From positions 24,656 to 88,655 of the IMG/VR virus record IMGVR_UViG_2565956686_000002: a stretch of DNA of 64,000 nucleotides. One strand, written 5' to 3'. The DNA comes from a virus (lineage: Duplodnaviria; Caudoviricetes). The notes under the pieces are model-generated. The model worked only from the letters and a program-made list of their open reading frames with translations. It was not told the origin of the DNA and ran no database searches. Of the stretch, positions 1 to 9,960 are shown one piece after another. The translations under genes and the position numbers were made by a program. Within the stretch, counting starts at the first letter, position 1, and every line of letters begins with the position of its first letter.

Positions 1-29
1 GTTGCTGATGAAGCACGGGCAGGTGCTGC

Positions 30-821
30 ATGAAAAAAACACCTAAGTTTCAAATCAATGATTTAATTTTGAAAAAGAAATCTAATCATGTTTTTCAGGT
101 CGTTAAGGTTTTCAATATAGGAAAAAGAACGAGTAAGTATCGGTTACTCAACCTCTCTACATCGTCTGAAACAGCACATCTTGAATCACAGATCGAACGT
201 AAAGCAACGATTAAAGAGGCTGAGGCGAATAAGCGTTTGCCTGAAGAAAAAATCCAGCCTATTGAGAAGATAGTTCTGTCAAGTATTGGCCCATACAAAG
301 ATCATTGGGCAATTGTCTATATTGAACTTAATTCTACCTATAGCCTTGGCGGTGGACGAATTACATTAGTTTGTGATGATTTCGCTGGAAGTAGTTTTTT
401 TGGTCATGTAGGTCAAGCCTCTTTTAAAAAGTTCATTGCACAATGTGATGAATATTATTTGATAAAAAAACTTTTCCCTAAATTGATGGAAACCGTTCCT
501 GTTCAAAGTGGTGAGGAATTTTTTGAATGGTTTGCAACAAGCTATCTTGATGATCTTAAAGATGCACGTAAGTCTGGTGAAATTACTAAAAAGAAATTGC
601 GTTCCGCTTATGAAGATATTTCAGATAAACAGTTTAATGGAGCTGCACACCTCTACGATTTGCTTGATAGCGATTCATTAGAGTTATTAAGTAATTTACT
701 TGGGGATGATTGGTGGTGGGATAAAAATCCTAGCTTACCCAATAGCCACTATGTATTTCTATTAGATATTCTGAAAGATGTCATTGCCGAATTTAAAAAA
801 TTAGATGAGGTGATGGTGTGA
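30..821 (+). CDS. Phage hypothetical protein
   Basis: 263-aa ORF, AGGTG RBS, GTGA overlap with next gene. Confidence 0.7.
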   Translation: MKKTPKFQINDLILKKKSNHVFQVVKVFNIGKRTSKYRLLNLSTSSETAHLESQIERKATIKEAEANKRLPEEKIQPIEKIVLSSIGPYKDHWAIVYIELNSTYSLGGGRITLVCDDFAGSSFFGHVGQASFKKFIAQCDEYYLIKKLFPKLMETVPVQSGEEFFEWFATSYLDDLKDARKSGEITKKKLRSAYEDISDKQFNGAAHLYDLLDSDSLELLSNLLGDDWWWDKNPSLPNSHYVFLLDILKDVIAEFKKLDEVMV

Positions 822-1459
822 AAGAGCGTCCGATTTTATTTAATACCCCAATGGTTCAAGCGATTTTATCTGGTCAAAAGACTCAGACACGTCGAATTGT
901 AAATAAAGCACCTACAACTGAAATAAATCATCGGTTAATTGCCCTAGATAACGGTTGGAGTTGGCAAGTTGATCAACAAGGTATAGTTCCTACTATGCAT
1001 CGTGAAATCGATAATCCAATGGTTTGTCCGTTTGGTCAGATCGGTGATCGGCTTTGGGTTCGTGAGACTTTCCGCTTATATGATTCAGATGAATGTCCAC
1101 ATGCTGATTTTCCATGTGGATGTCCAAAAAATGGCACACCTTTATATAAAGCTTCTCATGATTGTGGTAATGGTGAAAAGTGGAAACCATCAATCCACAT
1201 GCCACGTAAAGCAGCTCGATTATTTTTAGAAATAACAAATATACGTATTGAGCGCCTGAATGATATTACTTCAGAGGATGCCAAAGCAGAAGGATTTGAC
1301 TATTCAACACACCCATCAGCAATTCAAATGGGCTATGCAATTGGTGCAAAAACTAATTTCCGTGTTACATGGGAACAAATCTACGGACAAAATGAGTGGA
1401 ATAAAAATCCTTGGGTATGGGTTCTCGAATTTAAGGTTATCCAAGGCGGTGCAGTATGA
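818..1459 (+). CDS. ASCH/PUA-like phage protein
   Basis: Conserved KERPILF..MVQAILSGQKTQTRR, GDRLWVRE, WKPSIHMPR and NPWVWV motifs. Confidence 0.75.
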   Translation: MKERPILFNTPMVQAILSGQKTQTRRIVNKAPTTEINHRLIALDNGWSWQVDQQGIVPTMHREIDNPMVCPFGQIGDRLWVRETFRLYDSDECPHADFPCGCPKNGTPLYKASHDCGNGEKWKPSIHMPRKAARLFLEITNIRIERLNDITSEDAKAEGFDYSTHPSAIQMGYAIGAKTNFRVTWEQIYGQNEWNKNPWVWVLEFKVIQGGAV

Positions 1460-2316
1460 TAATCCCATCTGCACTAGATGAAATTCAAAAAGGTGCGTTA
1501 TTCGTAATTAACCATTCTGGTGGAAAAGATAGTCAAGCGATGATGATAAAGCTGCTTGAAGTACTCCCTAGAAATAATGTTGTTGTAGTTCATGCATCAT
1601 TGGGAGATATGGAATGGCATGGTGCTTTGGAATTGGCACAAGAACAGGCTTTGTTAGCAAATGTACCTTTCATTGTTGCCCGTGCAAAGAAATCTTTATT
1701 AGATATGGTGATGCACCGTTTCAATGTACGTCCAAATGTTCCTTCTTTTCCGTCATCTGCAAATCGGCAATGTACTAGTGACCTAAAGCGTGGACCAATC
1801 ACCCGTGAAGTGCGTAGATATGCAAAAGAAAATGGATATACCAGGATTGTGAATTGCATGGGTTTACGTGCTCAAGAATCAAGTGGCCGTGCAAAAAAGC
1901 CTGTTTGGAAGGAACACTTTGAACATGGACGTGCTGGGCGGTCTTGGTTCGACTGGTTGCCTATTCATTCACTTACCACAGATGAAGTTTTTCAAACAAT
2001 AAGTAATGCAAATCAAAAGCCACATTTTGCATATCAATTAGGTAATGAAAGACTGAGCTGTGTGTACTGCATTATGGCAAGCCCAAATGACCTAATCCTT
2101 GGAGCAAAGAAACGGCCTGAACTATTTGCGCTTTATTGTTTCTTCGAAAAAATCACAGGTTATTCAATGCATATGAGCATGAAAACCTTGCCAACAATTA
2201 CAGGGATTGAACCAGATTACTCACTACTTTCTGAGAATTTAGATTTGGTGAGCCAAATTTCAATAATCAAATTTAACAGACAGCGTATTCCTATGGTTGA
2301 GGAGATTGCAGCATGA
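1456..2316 (+). CDS. PAPS-reductase-family (PP-loop) protein
   Basis: SGGKDS PP-loop, CTSDLKRGP, GLRAQES, RLSCVYC. Confidence 0.85.
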   Translation: MIIPSALDEIQKGALFVINHSGGKDSQAMMIKLLEVLPRNNVVVVHASLGDMEWHGALELAQEQALLANVPFIVARAKKSLLDMVMHRFNVRPNVPSFPSSANRQCTSDLKRGPITREVRRYAKENGYTRIVNCMGLRAQESSGRAKKPVWKEHFEHGRAGRSWFDWLPIHSLTTDEVFQTISNANQKPHFAYQLGNERLSCVYCIMASPNDLILGAKKRPELFALYCFFEKITGYSMHMSMKTLPTITGIEPDYSLLSENLDLVSQISIIKFNRQRIPMVEEIAA

Positions 2317-3467
2317 CTCAGCCATTCAATTTATATCAAGGTGATTGTTTACAGGTTTTGAAAGAACTTTCTGATAACTCAATAGACAGCATTGTTACTG
2401 ATCCGCCTTATGGACTTAAGTTCATGGGTAAAAAATGGGATTGTGAAGTACCAAGCATTGAAATTTGGCAAGAATGTATTCGCGTTCTTAAACCAGGTGG
2501 GCACTTACTAGCATTTGCTGGTACTCGTACACAGCATCGTATGGCTTGCAATATTGAAGATGCAGGTTTTGAGATAAGAGACATGATCGCTTGGATCTAT
2601 GGTTCAGGCTTTCCAAAATCTCATAATCTCGACGGTGAATGGCAAGGTTGGGGTACTGCATTAAAACCAGCGCTCGAGCCAATTACATTTGCTCGAAAAC
2701 CATTGATTGCCACGGTTATACAAAATGTGCAACTTCATGGAACAGGCGCAATAAATATCGATGAGTGCCGTATTCCGTTAAATGGCGGATATAAATCTAA
2801 GGCAAATGGTCGTCCATCTCAGACTGGACAACCAGATAATTATATTTCTTCATGCGCAAATCAGCCAGATACAGTAGGTCGTTGGCCTACTAATCTAATC
2901 CACGATGGTAGTAAAGAAGTATTGGCAAATTTCCCAAATACCTCTAGTGGAAGTAATAACAAAATAAAAGCTTCAAGTAAGGACCAAAACGGTAATACCA
3001 GTAGTTCATTTGGAAAAGAGAGCCGTCCTTATGGCACTGAAACAATTTCTTATGGTGACTCAGGTTCAGCAGCAAGATTTTTCTATTGTGCTAAAGCAAA
3101 TCGCACAGATCGAAATGAAGGTACTGAAAGCTCAAATAAGCCAATGCTGCAGATGAATTCAACAATGCGAGATTGTGAAAATGTTGATTGGTCTAAGCGA
3201 AATGGAAATTTTCATCCAACTGTAAAACCAACTGAATTAATGCGCTATTTGTGCAGATTAGTTACGCCTAAAGGTGGTGTAGTGCTTGATCCGTTTATGG
3301 GGTCGGGTAGTACAGGTAAAGCAGCCATATTAGAAGGCTTTAGCTTTGTGGGTATTGAGCGTGAAGCAGAGTATTTCGCAATTGCTAATGCTAGATGTCA
3401 GTTTGTCAAAGAAGGCGTTAGTTCAAAAATGCCAGATCAGCAAGATTTATTTATGGAGGCGCTCTAA
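2313..3467 (+). CDS. Orphan N6A/N4C DNA methyltransferase (beta class)
   Basis: DPPY catalytic motif precedes HPTVKP and LDPFMGSGST SAM-binding motif. Confidence 0.93.
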   Translation: MTQPFNLYQGDCLQVLKELSDNSIDSIVTDPPYGLKFMGKKWDCEVPSIEIWQECIRVLKPGGHLLAFAGTRTQHRMACNIEDAGFEIRDMIAWIYGSGFPKSHNLDGEWQGWGTALKPALEPITFARKPLIATVIQNVQLHGTGAINIDECRIPLNGGYKSKANGRPSQTGQPDNYISSCANQPDTVGRWPTNLIHDGSKEVLANFPNTSSGSNNKIKASSKDQNGNTSSSFGKESRPYGTETISYGDSGSAARFFYCAKANRTDRNEGTESSNKPMLQMNSTMRDCENVDWSKRNGNFHPTVKPTELMRYLCRLVTPKGGVVLDPFMGSGSTGKAAILEGFSFVGIEREAEYFAIANARCQFVKEGVSSKMPDQQDLFMEAL

Positions 3468-4450
3468 TGCATTACTACGAAAAGAAAATTGGTGATTACC
3501 ATCGTAAAGCAGGTCGCCTTAACATTTTACAACACGGTGTTTATAACTTGCTTATGGATGCTTGTTATGACCGTGAAGCATTTCCAACTGAGACACAGGC
3601 AATTGACTGGGTATGGGCTGAAACTGATGAAGAAATTGCAGCAGTTAAGTTTGTGTTGAAAAAATTCTTCGTTATGAATGAGGAAGGCATTTATATTCAA
3701 AACCATATCCAAGAAGATTTGATTGCATATAAAGCATTTAAAACAAAACAGTCAGACAACGGTAAGCAAGGTGGTCGTCCAAAAGGTTCTAAAAACAAAC
3801 CGAAAACAGGTGATGATTCTAGTGAATCTCAACAGGGAGAACAACCAACTGAACAAACCCAAGAAAACCCAACGGAAAGCGAAATAAACCCACCGCTAAC
3901 CCAAAAAAACCCAGATGAAAGCCAACAAAAGCCTAAACCAATAACCATTAACCAAGAACCACTAACCAATAACCAAGATAGTAATAGTAATGGTAATAAC
4001 GCGAGCGAGGAAAAAGTTGGTTTTGTCCCGATTCAGTTTGCAACCTACCAGGCACATGACAAAGAATTTTATTCGTTACTTGAACTTGCAAGCGAGCATT
4101 CGCAATTTCAAATGGACTTCATTGATCTAGCTGTACCAAGACATGAATCAATTTCATCAACTGATTTTCAAACCTTGCTACAAGATTATTGTGATTTCTT
4201 TGCAGCGAAAAACGATAAAAACACGCCAAGCATCTGGTTTGTGAAATGGCTTACTTGGATTCAAAACAATATTCAAGACGTGATTAAACGCCGTCAAAAA
4301 CAAACCAAAGCAAATCAACCTGTAAATACTAATCAACCAGCTAGGGGCTATTTTGAGCGCATTCTTGATGAAGAACAAAGCGCAAACGTCATTGTGGACG
4401 TAACTCCACAAAAAAAGCTGATAGCTAGTGTGGAGTACGGACATGCATAA
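3467..4450 (+). CDS. YdaU/DUF1376-family phage replication initiator
   Basis: MHYYEKKIGDY..L.ILQHGVYNLLMD N-terminus, NGKQGGRPK, repeat-rich linker. Confidence 0.85.
   Translation: MHYYEKKIGDYHRKAGRLNILQHGVYNLLMDACYDREAFPTETQAIDWVWAETDEEIAAVKFVLKKFFVMNEEGIYIQNHIQEDLIAYKAFKTKQSDNGKQGGRPKGSKNKPKTGDDSSESQQGEQPTEQTQENPTESEINPPLTQKNPDESQQKPKPITINQEPLTNNQDSNSNGNNASEEKVGFVPIQFATYQAHDKEFYSLLELASEHSQFQMDFIDLAVPRHESISSTDFQTLLQDYCDFFAAKNDKNTPSIWFVKWLTWIQNNIQDVIKRRQKQTKANQPVNTNQPARGYFERILDEEQSANVIVDVTPQKKLIASVEYGHA
3856..3978. repeat. Iteron-like repeats (candidate phage origin) inside initiator gene
   Basis: AACCCAA(G/A)AAAACCCA...GAAAGC at 3856 and 3898, then about six 7-bp (T)AACCA(A) units. Confidence 0.5.
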
Positions 4451-5195
4451 AATTACGATTCAGGATATCCGCATCCTAATTTCAGATTTACGTGTAATTC
4501 ACGCTGCGCAATTCAACAAGAATTTTCCAACAACGGGGGATAACGCCGTACCAATGGAGTTTGTTGAATCTAAAGCGATGGAATGCCTTTGTGATGTCAA
4601 TGTAGATCAGTTTGAACGCGCACGGAACAGATTACTTAAATCGGGTGGAAAGTTTATGCCGTCTTTCTCTGATTTCCGTGATTGGTGCATTGGTGAGACG
4701 TGGATGTCAGCAGATGAAGCATGGGCGCGTGCATGTCGTTTTACAGCTGACAAAAGTGTGCAAATCACTCAAATAACAAAAGTTGCATTGGATGAGGTTT
4801 TGCCAATGATCTTCGATGGATATATGAAACCTGCACGCGAGCAATTTATTAATACATACAATGCATTTGTGGCAAAGGCACAACAAGTGGGACGCACCCA
4901 AGAAATGTATGTACCGCCAAAGCAATTGGAACACAAGAAAAAAAGCCATGCACCAGTGTCTAATGATGAAGCTGTACAGCGCCTTAACGCATTGAAGCAG
5001 AAGCTAAATATTAAGAATCGTACAGTTCTACAACCGCAAAAACTTGAGCAAAAAGAGAACTTGGCAAGTCCAGCAGTACAAGAACCATGGCCTGATCCAT
5101 TTGATCAACCAGACGAGTATTTAGAAGCATGTGAGCGTGACGGGCTGAATGTCCCTAAAACCCTTATTAAGCATATTAATGGTGGTACAGCATGA
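4443..5195 (+). CDS. Putative replication protein P-like helicase loader
   Basis: Follows initiator; FMPSFSDFRDWC motif resembles lambda P family; GGAG RBS before ATG 4443. Confidence 0.55.
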   Translation: MHKITIQDIRILISDLRVIHAAQFNKNFPTTGDNAVPMEFVESKAMECLCDVNVDQFERARNRLLKSGGKFMPSFSDFRDWCIGETWMSADEAWARACRFTADKSVQITQITKVALDEVLPMIFDGYMKPAREQFINTYNAFVAKAQQVGRTQEMYVPPKQLEHKKKSHAPVSNDEAVQRLNALKQKLNIKNRTVLQPQKLEQKENLASPAVQEPWPDPFDQPDEYLEACERDGLNVPKTLIKHINGGTA

Positions 5196-5680
5196 ATCAG
5201 ACCGCAACACAAGCAAATGAGCCAACAGCAGAAAATACGAAATTTAAGAAAGGTGCAAGAGTTCACGTAGATTTTGTAAGTGATTCAAGCACTGAGTTTT
5301 CAGGCAAGCATATTAAAGGTGATGCGATTGTAGATCGTCATGAAGATGGTTATGTCTATGGACAATTGGAACAAGGCACCCCATTTATGTGCCCTGAAAA
5401 ATTTGTACAGCTCACTCCACAAGAGCATATCAAACAAATTCGCGCAGAATTTGAAGCATGGTTAAAAGAACAAAAGCAATATTCGATTTTAATTAATCAA
5501 CATGGAGCAGACTTATTTAATTTTGATTCTATCCATGGCTATGAAAAGTTAGCAGTTGCAGTAGCTTTTGAACTTTGGAAAAAATTCCATCTTTGCTGTG
5601 AAACGAATAAGGTTTTACTTAAAAAACTCCATATTGCTACGACTGCTTTGGCTAATAAAGGCGGTGAACATCATGGGTAA
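5192..5680 (+). CDS. Phage hypothetical protein
   Basis: ORF with ATGA coupling. Confidence 0.65.
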   Translation: MNQTATQANEPTAENTKFKKGARVHVDFVSDSSTEFSGKHIKGDAIVDRHEDGYVYGQLEQGTPFMCPEKFVQLTPQEHIKQIRAEFEAWLKEQKQYSILINQHGADLFNFDSIHGYEKLAVAVAFELWKKFHLCCETNKVLLKKLHIATTALANKGGEHHG

Positions 5681-6359
5681 AAGTCGTGTTTTATGGGATC
5701 AATGGGCGAAAAAGGGTAAGGCTGATTTTTTTGCAATGAATCCACTCGTTGAAACAAAAACGAATCGACATGCACGCGCACGTAGAGCACTAGATAAGAA
5801 AGTGATTTTACCTTGCGCCGTGACAACACAAGAACTAAATGGAGATCAGTTACACCAAGGCAGTACAGGCGGATTGGTCATTACAGGCAAGGATTTTGTC
5901 ACAGTGAAACTGCCATATGGCATCAGTGCTAATGACATTTGGCGTGCAACTATTGATGAAAGTACAGGTAAACAACGCAATAGCTTATCAATGGGTGCAA
6001 AGAAATTTAAACGCCGTGTAGTTGAAATCTATGCACCAATCTTTAAAGCAATGAAGTGGAAAGCCATTTCACAACAATGTGAGATTCGATTAGTTATACA
6101 GCCACCACGAAAAAATCGTAGTTACAGTGCGAGCACATATCCGCGCTTTGATATTGATAACTATCCAAAACTGCTAATCGATTCGCTTAAAGGTACAGAG
6201 TTACTTTTTAAAGATGACAACATTTTTGTGAAAGAAAAAATTGAATTTGCAGAACCTACTGAAGATGGTTGTGTATGGCTTTCATGTGTATTTATCAACG
6301 AAACAAATTGGCTTGATAAGAAAGTGAACTTCGACTGGCTTGCTGGGAGAGTTGCATAA
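5673..6359 (+). CDS. rusA: RusA-family Holliday junction resolvase
   Basis: LPYGISAN and DIDNYPKLLIDSL...DDNIF motifs. Confidence 0.8.
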   Translation: MGKSRVLWDQWAKKGKADFFAMNPLVETKTNRHARARRALDKKVILPCAVTTQELNGDQLHQGSTGGLVITGKDFVTVKLPYGISANDIWRATIDESTGKQRNSLSMGAKKFKRRVVEIYAPIFKAMKWKAISQQCEIRLVIQPPRKNRSYSASTYPRFDIDNYPKLLIDSLKGTELLFKDDNIFVKEKIEFAEPTEDGCVWLSCVFINETNWLDKKVNFDWLAGRVA

Positions 6360-7060
6360 TGGCTAAAAGAACTGATTTAGAAAAACGAGTCTTGATCGGT
6401 CGTAAACTTGCACTTGCAAGAGAACGCCGTGGGATGCTTCAACACGAAGTTGCTATTGAATTGTTTGGTGTTGAGCAAAAGAACCGAATTAGTGAAATGG
6501 AGAACGGTAAGACATTACCAGATGCTGAGTTACTGCAAGTCATGTGCAGTATGTATCGGGTCTCTGTCGATTGGGTATTAGGTTTTACGATTAATCCTGA
6601 ATTAAACGAAACTGAATCTGTCGCAGGTGTTCTGTTCAATAGTGTTGGCGATATTTTGGCAGATAACCTAAATGCGATTACAGCACAGATTTCTTTGTTA
6701 TGTGCAAGACATATCAGCTCGTTTCCCAAGGCGCTACAGGTACAGCTATTAGAGCAATCAAAAATAGTCGCAAAACAATTTTTGCAACTTGATCGCGTTC
6801 AACAAGAGAAATTACAACCTGTAATGATGGATTTAATCCAAACAATTCAGGAATGTGATAAAGAGCGTGCAGTTCAATTCAATCATATTGCCAAAGGTTT
6901 GGAAGATATTTCAGATCGTGATGAGGGTGAAATTCAAGAGAAAATACTTCAAGACTTAAAGAGTCAACGTAAAACACGTTTCACTCAAACAACTTTACTT
7001 ACTGATGAGAAAGATGAAGCTCAGTTCGATTTCTTTTCAGGTGATGCACTGAGTAATTAA
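6359..7060 (+). CDS. XRE-family HTH transcriptional regulator
   Basis: LARERRGMLQHEVA...ISEMENGKTLP...VSVDWVLG. Confidence 0.85.
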   Translation: MAKRTDLEKRVLIGRKLALARERRGMLQHEVAIELFGVEQKNRISEMENGKTLPDAELLQVMCSMYRVSVDWVLGFTINPELNETESVAGVLFNSVGDILADNLNAITAQISLLCARHISSFPKALQVQLLEQSKIVAKQFLQLDRVQQEKLQPVMMDLIQTIQECDKERAVQFNHIAKGLEDISDRDEGEIQEKILQDLKSQRKTRFTQTTLLTDEKDEAQFDFFSGDALSN

Positions 7061-7062
7061 CT

Positions 7063-7905
7063 ATGGCAGTGCAATCATATTCACAAGAAATATGGGATCG
7101 ACTCAAATTAGTTTATGAGTCATCCCCTAAGATCACATGGCAAAAACTAGTTGATCAAGTCGGTGAGGAGTTAGGCTGTGAAATGCCTTCTCCTTCAGTT
7201 GTGCGCCGTAAAGCAATCGCTGAAAAATGGAAAAAGTGCGCGAAAAATCTAGTCAAAAAGAATGCTAAACAGATCAATGATGAGATTAAAAATTTGACTA
7301 GTAAAATGACTAGTCAGAAAGAAGCCCAAGATTATGAAAATAAAGAGGAAAATGGTAGTCAAAAATCCGTCAAAAATCCGTCAAAAGTAAGTGTGTATGA
7401 TGATGAATTTGCAAGAAATGCCCAACGTAGCAAAGTTGCAGATACAAATAAGCTCACAGCGACAAGAATCATTCGTGAAAATCGACTTCGTTCTGTGAAG
7501 TTAGCAAGCTTAATTGATTCATCATTAGATAGTTTGGTGAGTGTAAGAAAAGACTTTCAGGAATTGGATTTAAAAACTGCAACTGAAGATGACATAGGAA
7601 TGATTAAGTTCAAGATGGCAGTTACGTCTCAATTTATCGAACAAAACTTAAAACAAAGTATCAGTATTGCGAATGTAGCGAAAATAGATGCCATGTTTTG
7701 GGGATTAACGGAAGAGGACCTGAAAGACCAATCGGAAATACAGGCGAAACGCTCTGCTGTTGTGGCTGGAGCTGAAGAACGAATGAGACTTGCAAAAGAG
7801 AAAATGGCCACTGATAAAAAAGCAGCCTTTGCACGTAAGTTAGCAATGATTGAGGCAGGGGATCCAGAACCTGATCAAGATGAAGAACAAGAGGCAATTG
7901 CATGA
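7063..7905 (+). CDS. HTH-containing phage protein (candidate terminase small subunit or late regulator)
   Basis: N-terminal HTH-like segment ending VRRKAIAEKWKK, helical C-terminus. Confidence 0.45.
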   Translation: MAVQSYSQEIWDRLKLVYESSPKITWQKLVDQVGEELGCEMPSPSVVRRKAIAEKWKKCAKNLVKKNAKQINDEIKNLTSKMTSQKEAQDYENKEENGSQKSVKNPSKVSVYDDEFARNAQRSKVADTNKLTATRIIRENRLRSVKLASLIDSSLDSLVSVRKDFQELDLKTATEDDIGMIKFKMAVTSQFIEQNLKQSISIANVAKIDAMFWGLTEEDLKDQSEIQAKRSAVVAGAEERMRLAKEKMATDKKAAFARKLAMIEAGDPEPDQDEEQEAIA

Positions 7906-8594
7906 TCAAAACAAATTTAACTCATAGAGAATTGTGTGAAGTCGGCGCTGCGTTGTTGAGAAAACCTGAATCTGCTAATGGACATGGTTGCCATTTTTCA
8001 ATCGTTGAGCCGTCGTGCTATGGAGAGAATCCCGATGTATTCGGTGTTCGCCACGGTAATGGATACGATGTCGGTACAATTCTATTAGAAGCTAAAACAA
8101 GCCGTTCTGATTTCTTGGCTGATAAGAAAAAACCACATCGTATTGAACCAGCAACGGGTGTTGGTAAATGGCGTTATTTCATTTGCCCGACAGACCTAAT
8201 TCAACCTGAAGAATTACCAGAGCGATGGGGATTGATCTACGTTTCTAATGGTAAACGCTGCAAATACATTAAAGGCGCAATGGCTGTACCTAAAGAGAAG
8301 TATGACAATGAATGGAATCAAAATTCTCAATATTGGCGCAATGGTAAAGCATTAGAACAAAGCTTTATTGATTTTGCATTTAATGATCGAAACGTACAGA
8401 ACGAGTTCAATTTATTGACGATGGCTTTAGCTCGATTAAGAGATCCTGAAAAGATCCTTTACATGCAAAGAAATTTCACTCGGTTAGAAATGGAATGCCA
8501 AAGACAAGCGCATGAAATTCAGAAGCTACAACAAGATGCAAATCTCAATAATTGCTTACAGAACATAGAAAAAATTAAGGTGCAAAGTTTATGA
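7902..8594 (+). CDS. MmcB-like PD-(D/E)XK nuclease-family protein
   Basis: ENPDVFG...LEAKTSRSDFLADKKK, ELPERWGL. Confidence 0.75.
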   Translation: MIKTNLTHRELCEVGAALLRKPESANGHGCHFSIVEPSCYGENPDVFGVRHGNGYDVGTILLEAKTSRSDFLADKKKPHRIEPATGVGKWRYFICPTDLIQPEELPERWGLIYVSNGKRCKYIKGAMAVPKEKYDNEWNQNSQYWRNGKALEQSFIDFAFNDRNVQNEFNLLTMALARLRDPEKILYMQRNFTRLEMECQRQAHEIQKLQQDANLNNCLQNIEKIKVQSL

Positions 8595-9274
8595 AAACCA
8601 ACGAAAAAAATGAATACAAAGTAGGTGATTTTGTTTTACCTGTTTCACTTAAATATACAAATCAGGTTTGTGAACTAACTGAAGATTTGGGTTATGACTT
8701 TAAATATAAAACTAAGTCTGGTGGGTGGGGCTTTATTGTTAAATCCTATTTACCTACTAGATGGAGACATGCTACAGGTGATGAAATTACAAGTGGAATA
8801 GCATCTCAAATCCAGATAGTGAAAAGTTTTATTGCTGAATATGGTCTATTAAAGGCTATGGAAGTATTAAAGAATGCACCCGAAGGTTCAACACATCATG
8901 ATTTAGTTACAGCAGAGAATATAGACTTATATTTTAATTCTAAAGATCACCTAGAGTGGTGTGATTTAGAGCTTAAGTGGTGTTTACCTAGATTTCATCA
9001 TACGAATGAAATGATTATGGGAATGATAGATATTGCCGAGCTAAAACGTCTTTTTGAAAATATAGATTTAGTAAATAAAGTAGGTGGACCAAAATCTGCT
9101 AAAGCCCAAGTAAAACAAGCCAAAGAATATGGATATTCAACATTTTCTATTCCAATTGAATTGAATGGATCAATTGTTATGGGATGTTTAAATATTGATA
9201 AGTTAGAACAAGCTCTTTCTGACCACGATCAACTATTCGGAAATATCGAAACGTTGGGAGGTGAGCATGTTTAA
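8591..9274 (+). CDS. Phage accessory hypothetical protein
   Basis: ORF with YKVGDFV and RHATGDEI modules. Confidence 0.65.
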   Translation: MKTNEKNEYKVGDFVLPVSLKYTNQVCELTEDLGYDFKYKTKSGGWGFIVKSYLPTRWRHATGDEITSGIASQIQIVKSFIAEYGLLKAMEVLKNAPEGSTHHDLVTAENIDLYFNSKDHLEWCDLELKWCLPRFHHTNEMIMGMIDIAELKRLFENIDLVNKVGGPKSAKAQVKQAKEYGYSTFSIPIELNGSIVMGCLNIDKLEQALSDHDQLFGNIETLGGEHV

Positions 9275-9518
9275 GGACGGGGATTTTCTTGTCTATAAAG
9301 ACCAAAATAAATACAAAAACTGCCTGTTCAAAATTATTGATGATGTGGATGCAGTTGCAATAGCTGTGGAAGATGGGAAGGAGTGCTTTGTTTACTTTGC
9401 CGATATGCGATTAGCAACAGAAGATGAAATCGCAGCAGGTCATAGAATAGACCATATCGGTGAGCCTAACGGATTGGGAACAGACTCAGACATAGTCAAC
9501 CACAATACAAGGTTATAG
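9267..9518 (+). CDS. Phage accessory hypothetical protein
   Basis: GGAGG RBS; FKDGDFLV, RLATEDEIAAGHRI. Confidence 0.65.
   Translation: MFKDGDFLVYKDQNKYKNCLFKIIDDVDAVAIAVEDGKECFVYFADMRLATEDEIAAGHRIDHIGEPNGLGTDSDIVNHNTRL
9451..9473. repeat. 23-bp direct repeat copy 1 (ACCATATCGGTGAGCCTAACGGA)
   Basis: Identical to 9922-9944. Confidence 0.9.
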
Positions 9519-9528
9519 GGGATTAATC

Positions 9529-9630
9529 ATGTGTCCATTATGCGGTAGATCAAAAGGTGGTTTAGTTTGCGGTTATTGTGGCTGGGTTCCAGAAGATAAG
9601 AAATTTGAGTTTGAACAGGTGAGTAGATGA
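9529..9630 (+). CDS. 33-aa zinc-ribbon microprotein (MCPLCGRSKGGLVCGYCGWVPEDKKFEFEQVSR)
   Basis: Not in ORF track; AGGGGA RBS, two CxxC pairs, ATGA coupling to next ORF. Confidence 0.7.
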   Translation: MCPLCGRSKGGLVCGYCGWVPEDKKFEFEQVSR

Positions 9631-9959
9631 AAGTTCAATTAAATGAGAAGTCTAAAGCCGAATTTATTGAGCATATTGCCAAAGATTCAATAACTTGTTG
9701 GTTTGATGGTGATGAGTTTGTTATGCCAAGTGGTCAAGGTCGTACCGCAAGAGGGATTGTTTTAGGTAAGTTGATAGCTTGGCAGCACCAACAGTCAAAA
9801 GTTGATGATATTCAGAAACGCTTTGATGCGATCAAACAACTTATCAATGAGTATCACCAACATAGTTATAGAGAGTCAGATGATTTCGTATTTTATTTAG
9901 AGCAAGCACTTACAGGCACAAACCATATCGGTGAGCCTAACGGAATGGATGAGAAATAA
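9627..9959 (+). CDS. Phage accessory hypothetical protein
   Basis: ORF, coupled start. Confidence 0.6.
   Translation: MKVQLNEKSKAEFIEHIAKDSITCWFDGDEFVMPSGQGRTARGIVLGKLIAWQHQQSKVDDIQKRFDAIKQLINEYHQHSYRESDDFVFYLEQALTGTNHIGEPNGMDEK
9922..9944. repeat. 23-bp direct repeat copy 2
   Basis: Identical to 9451-9473. Confidence 0.9.
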
Positions 9960-9960
9960 A

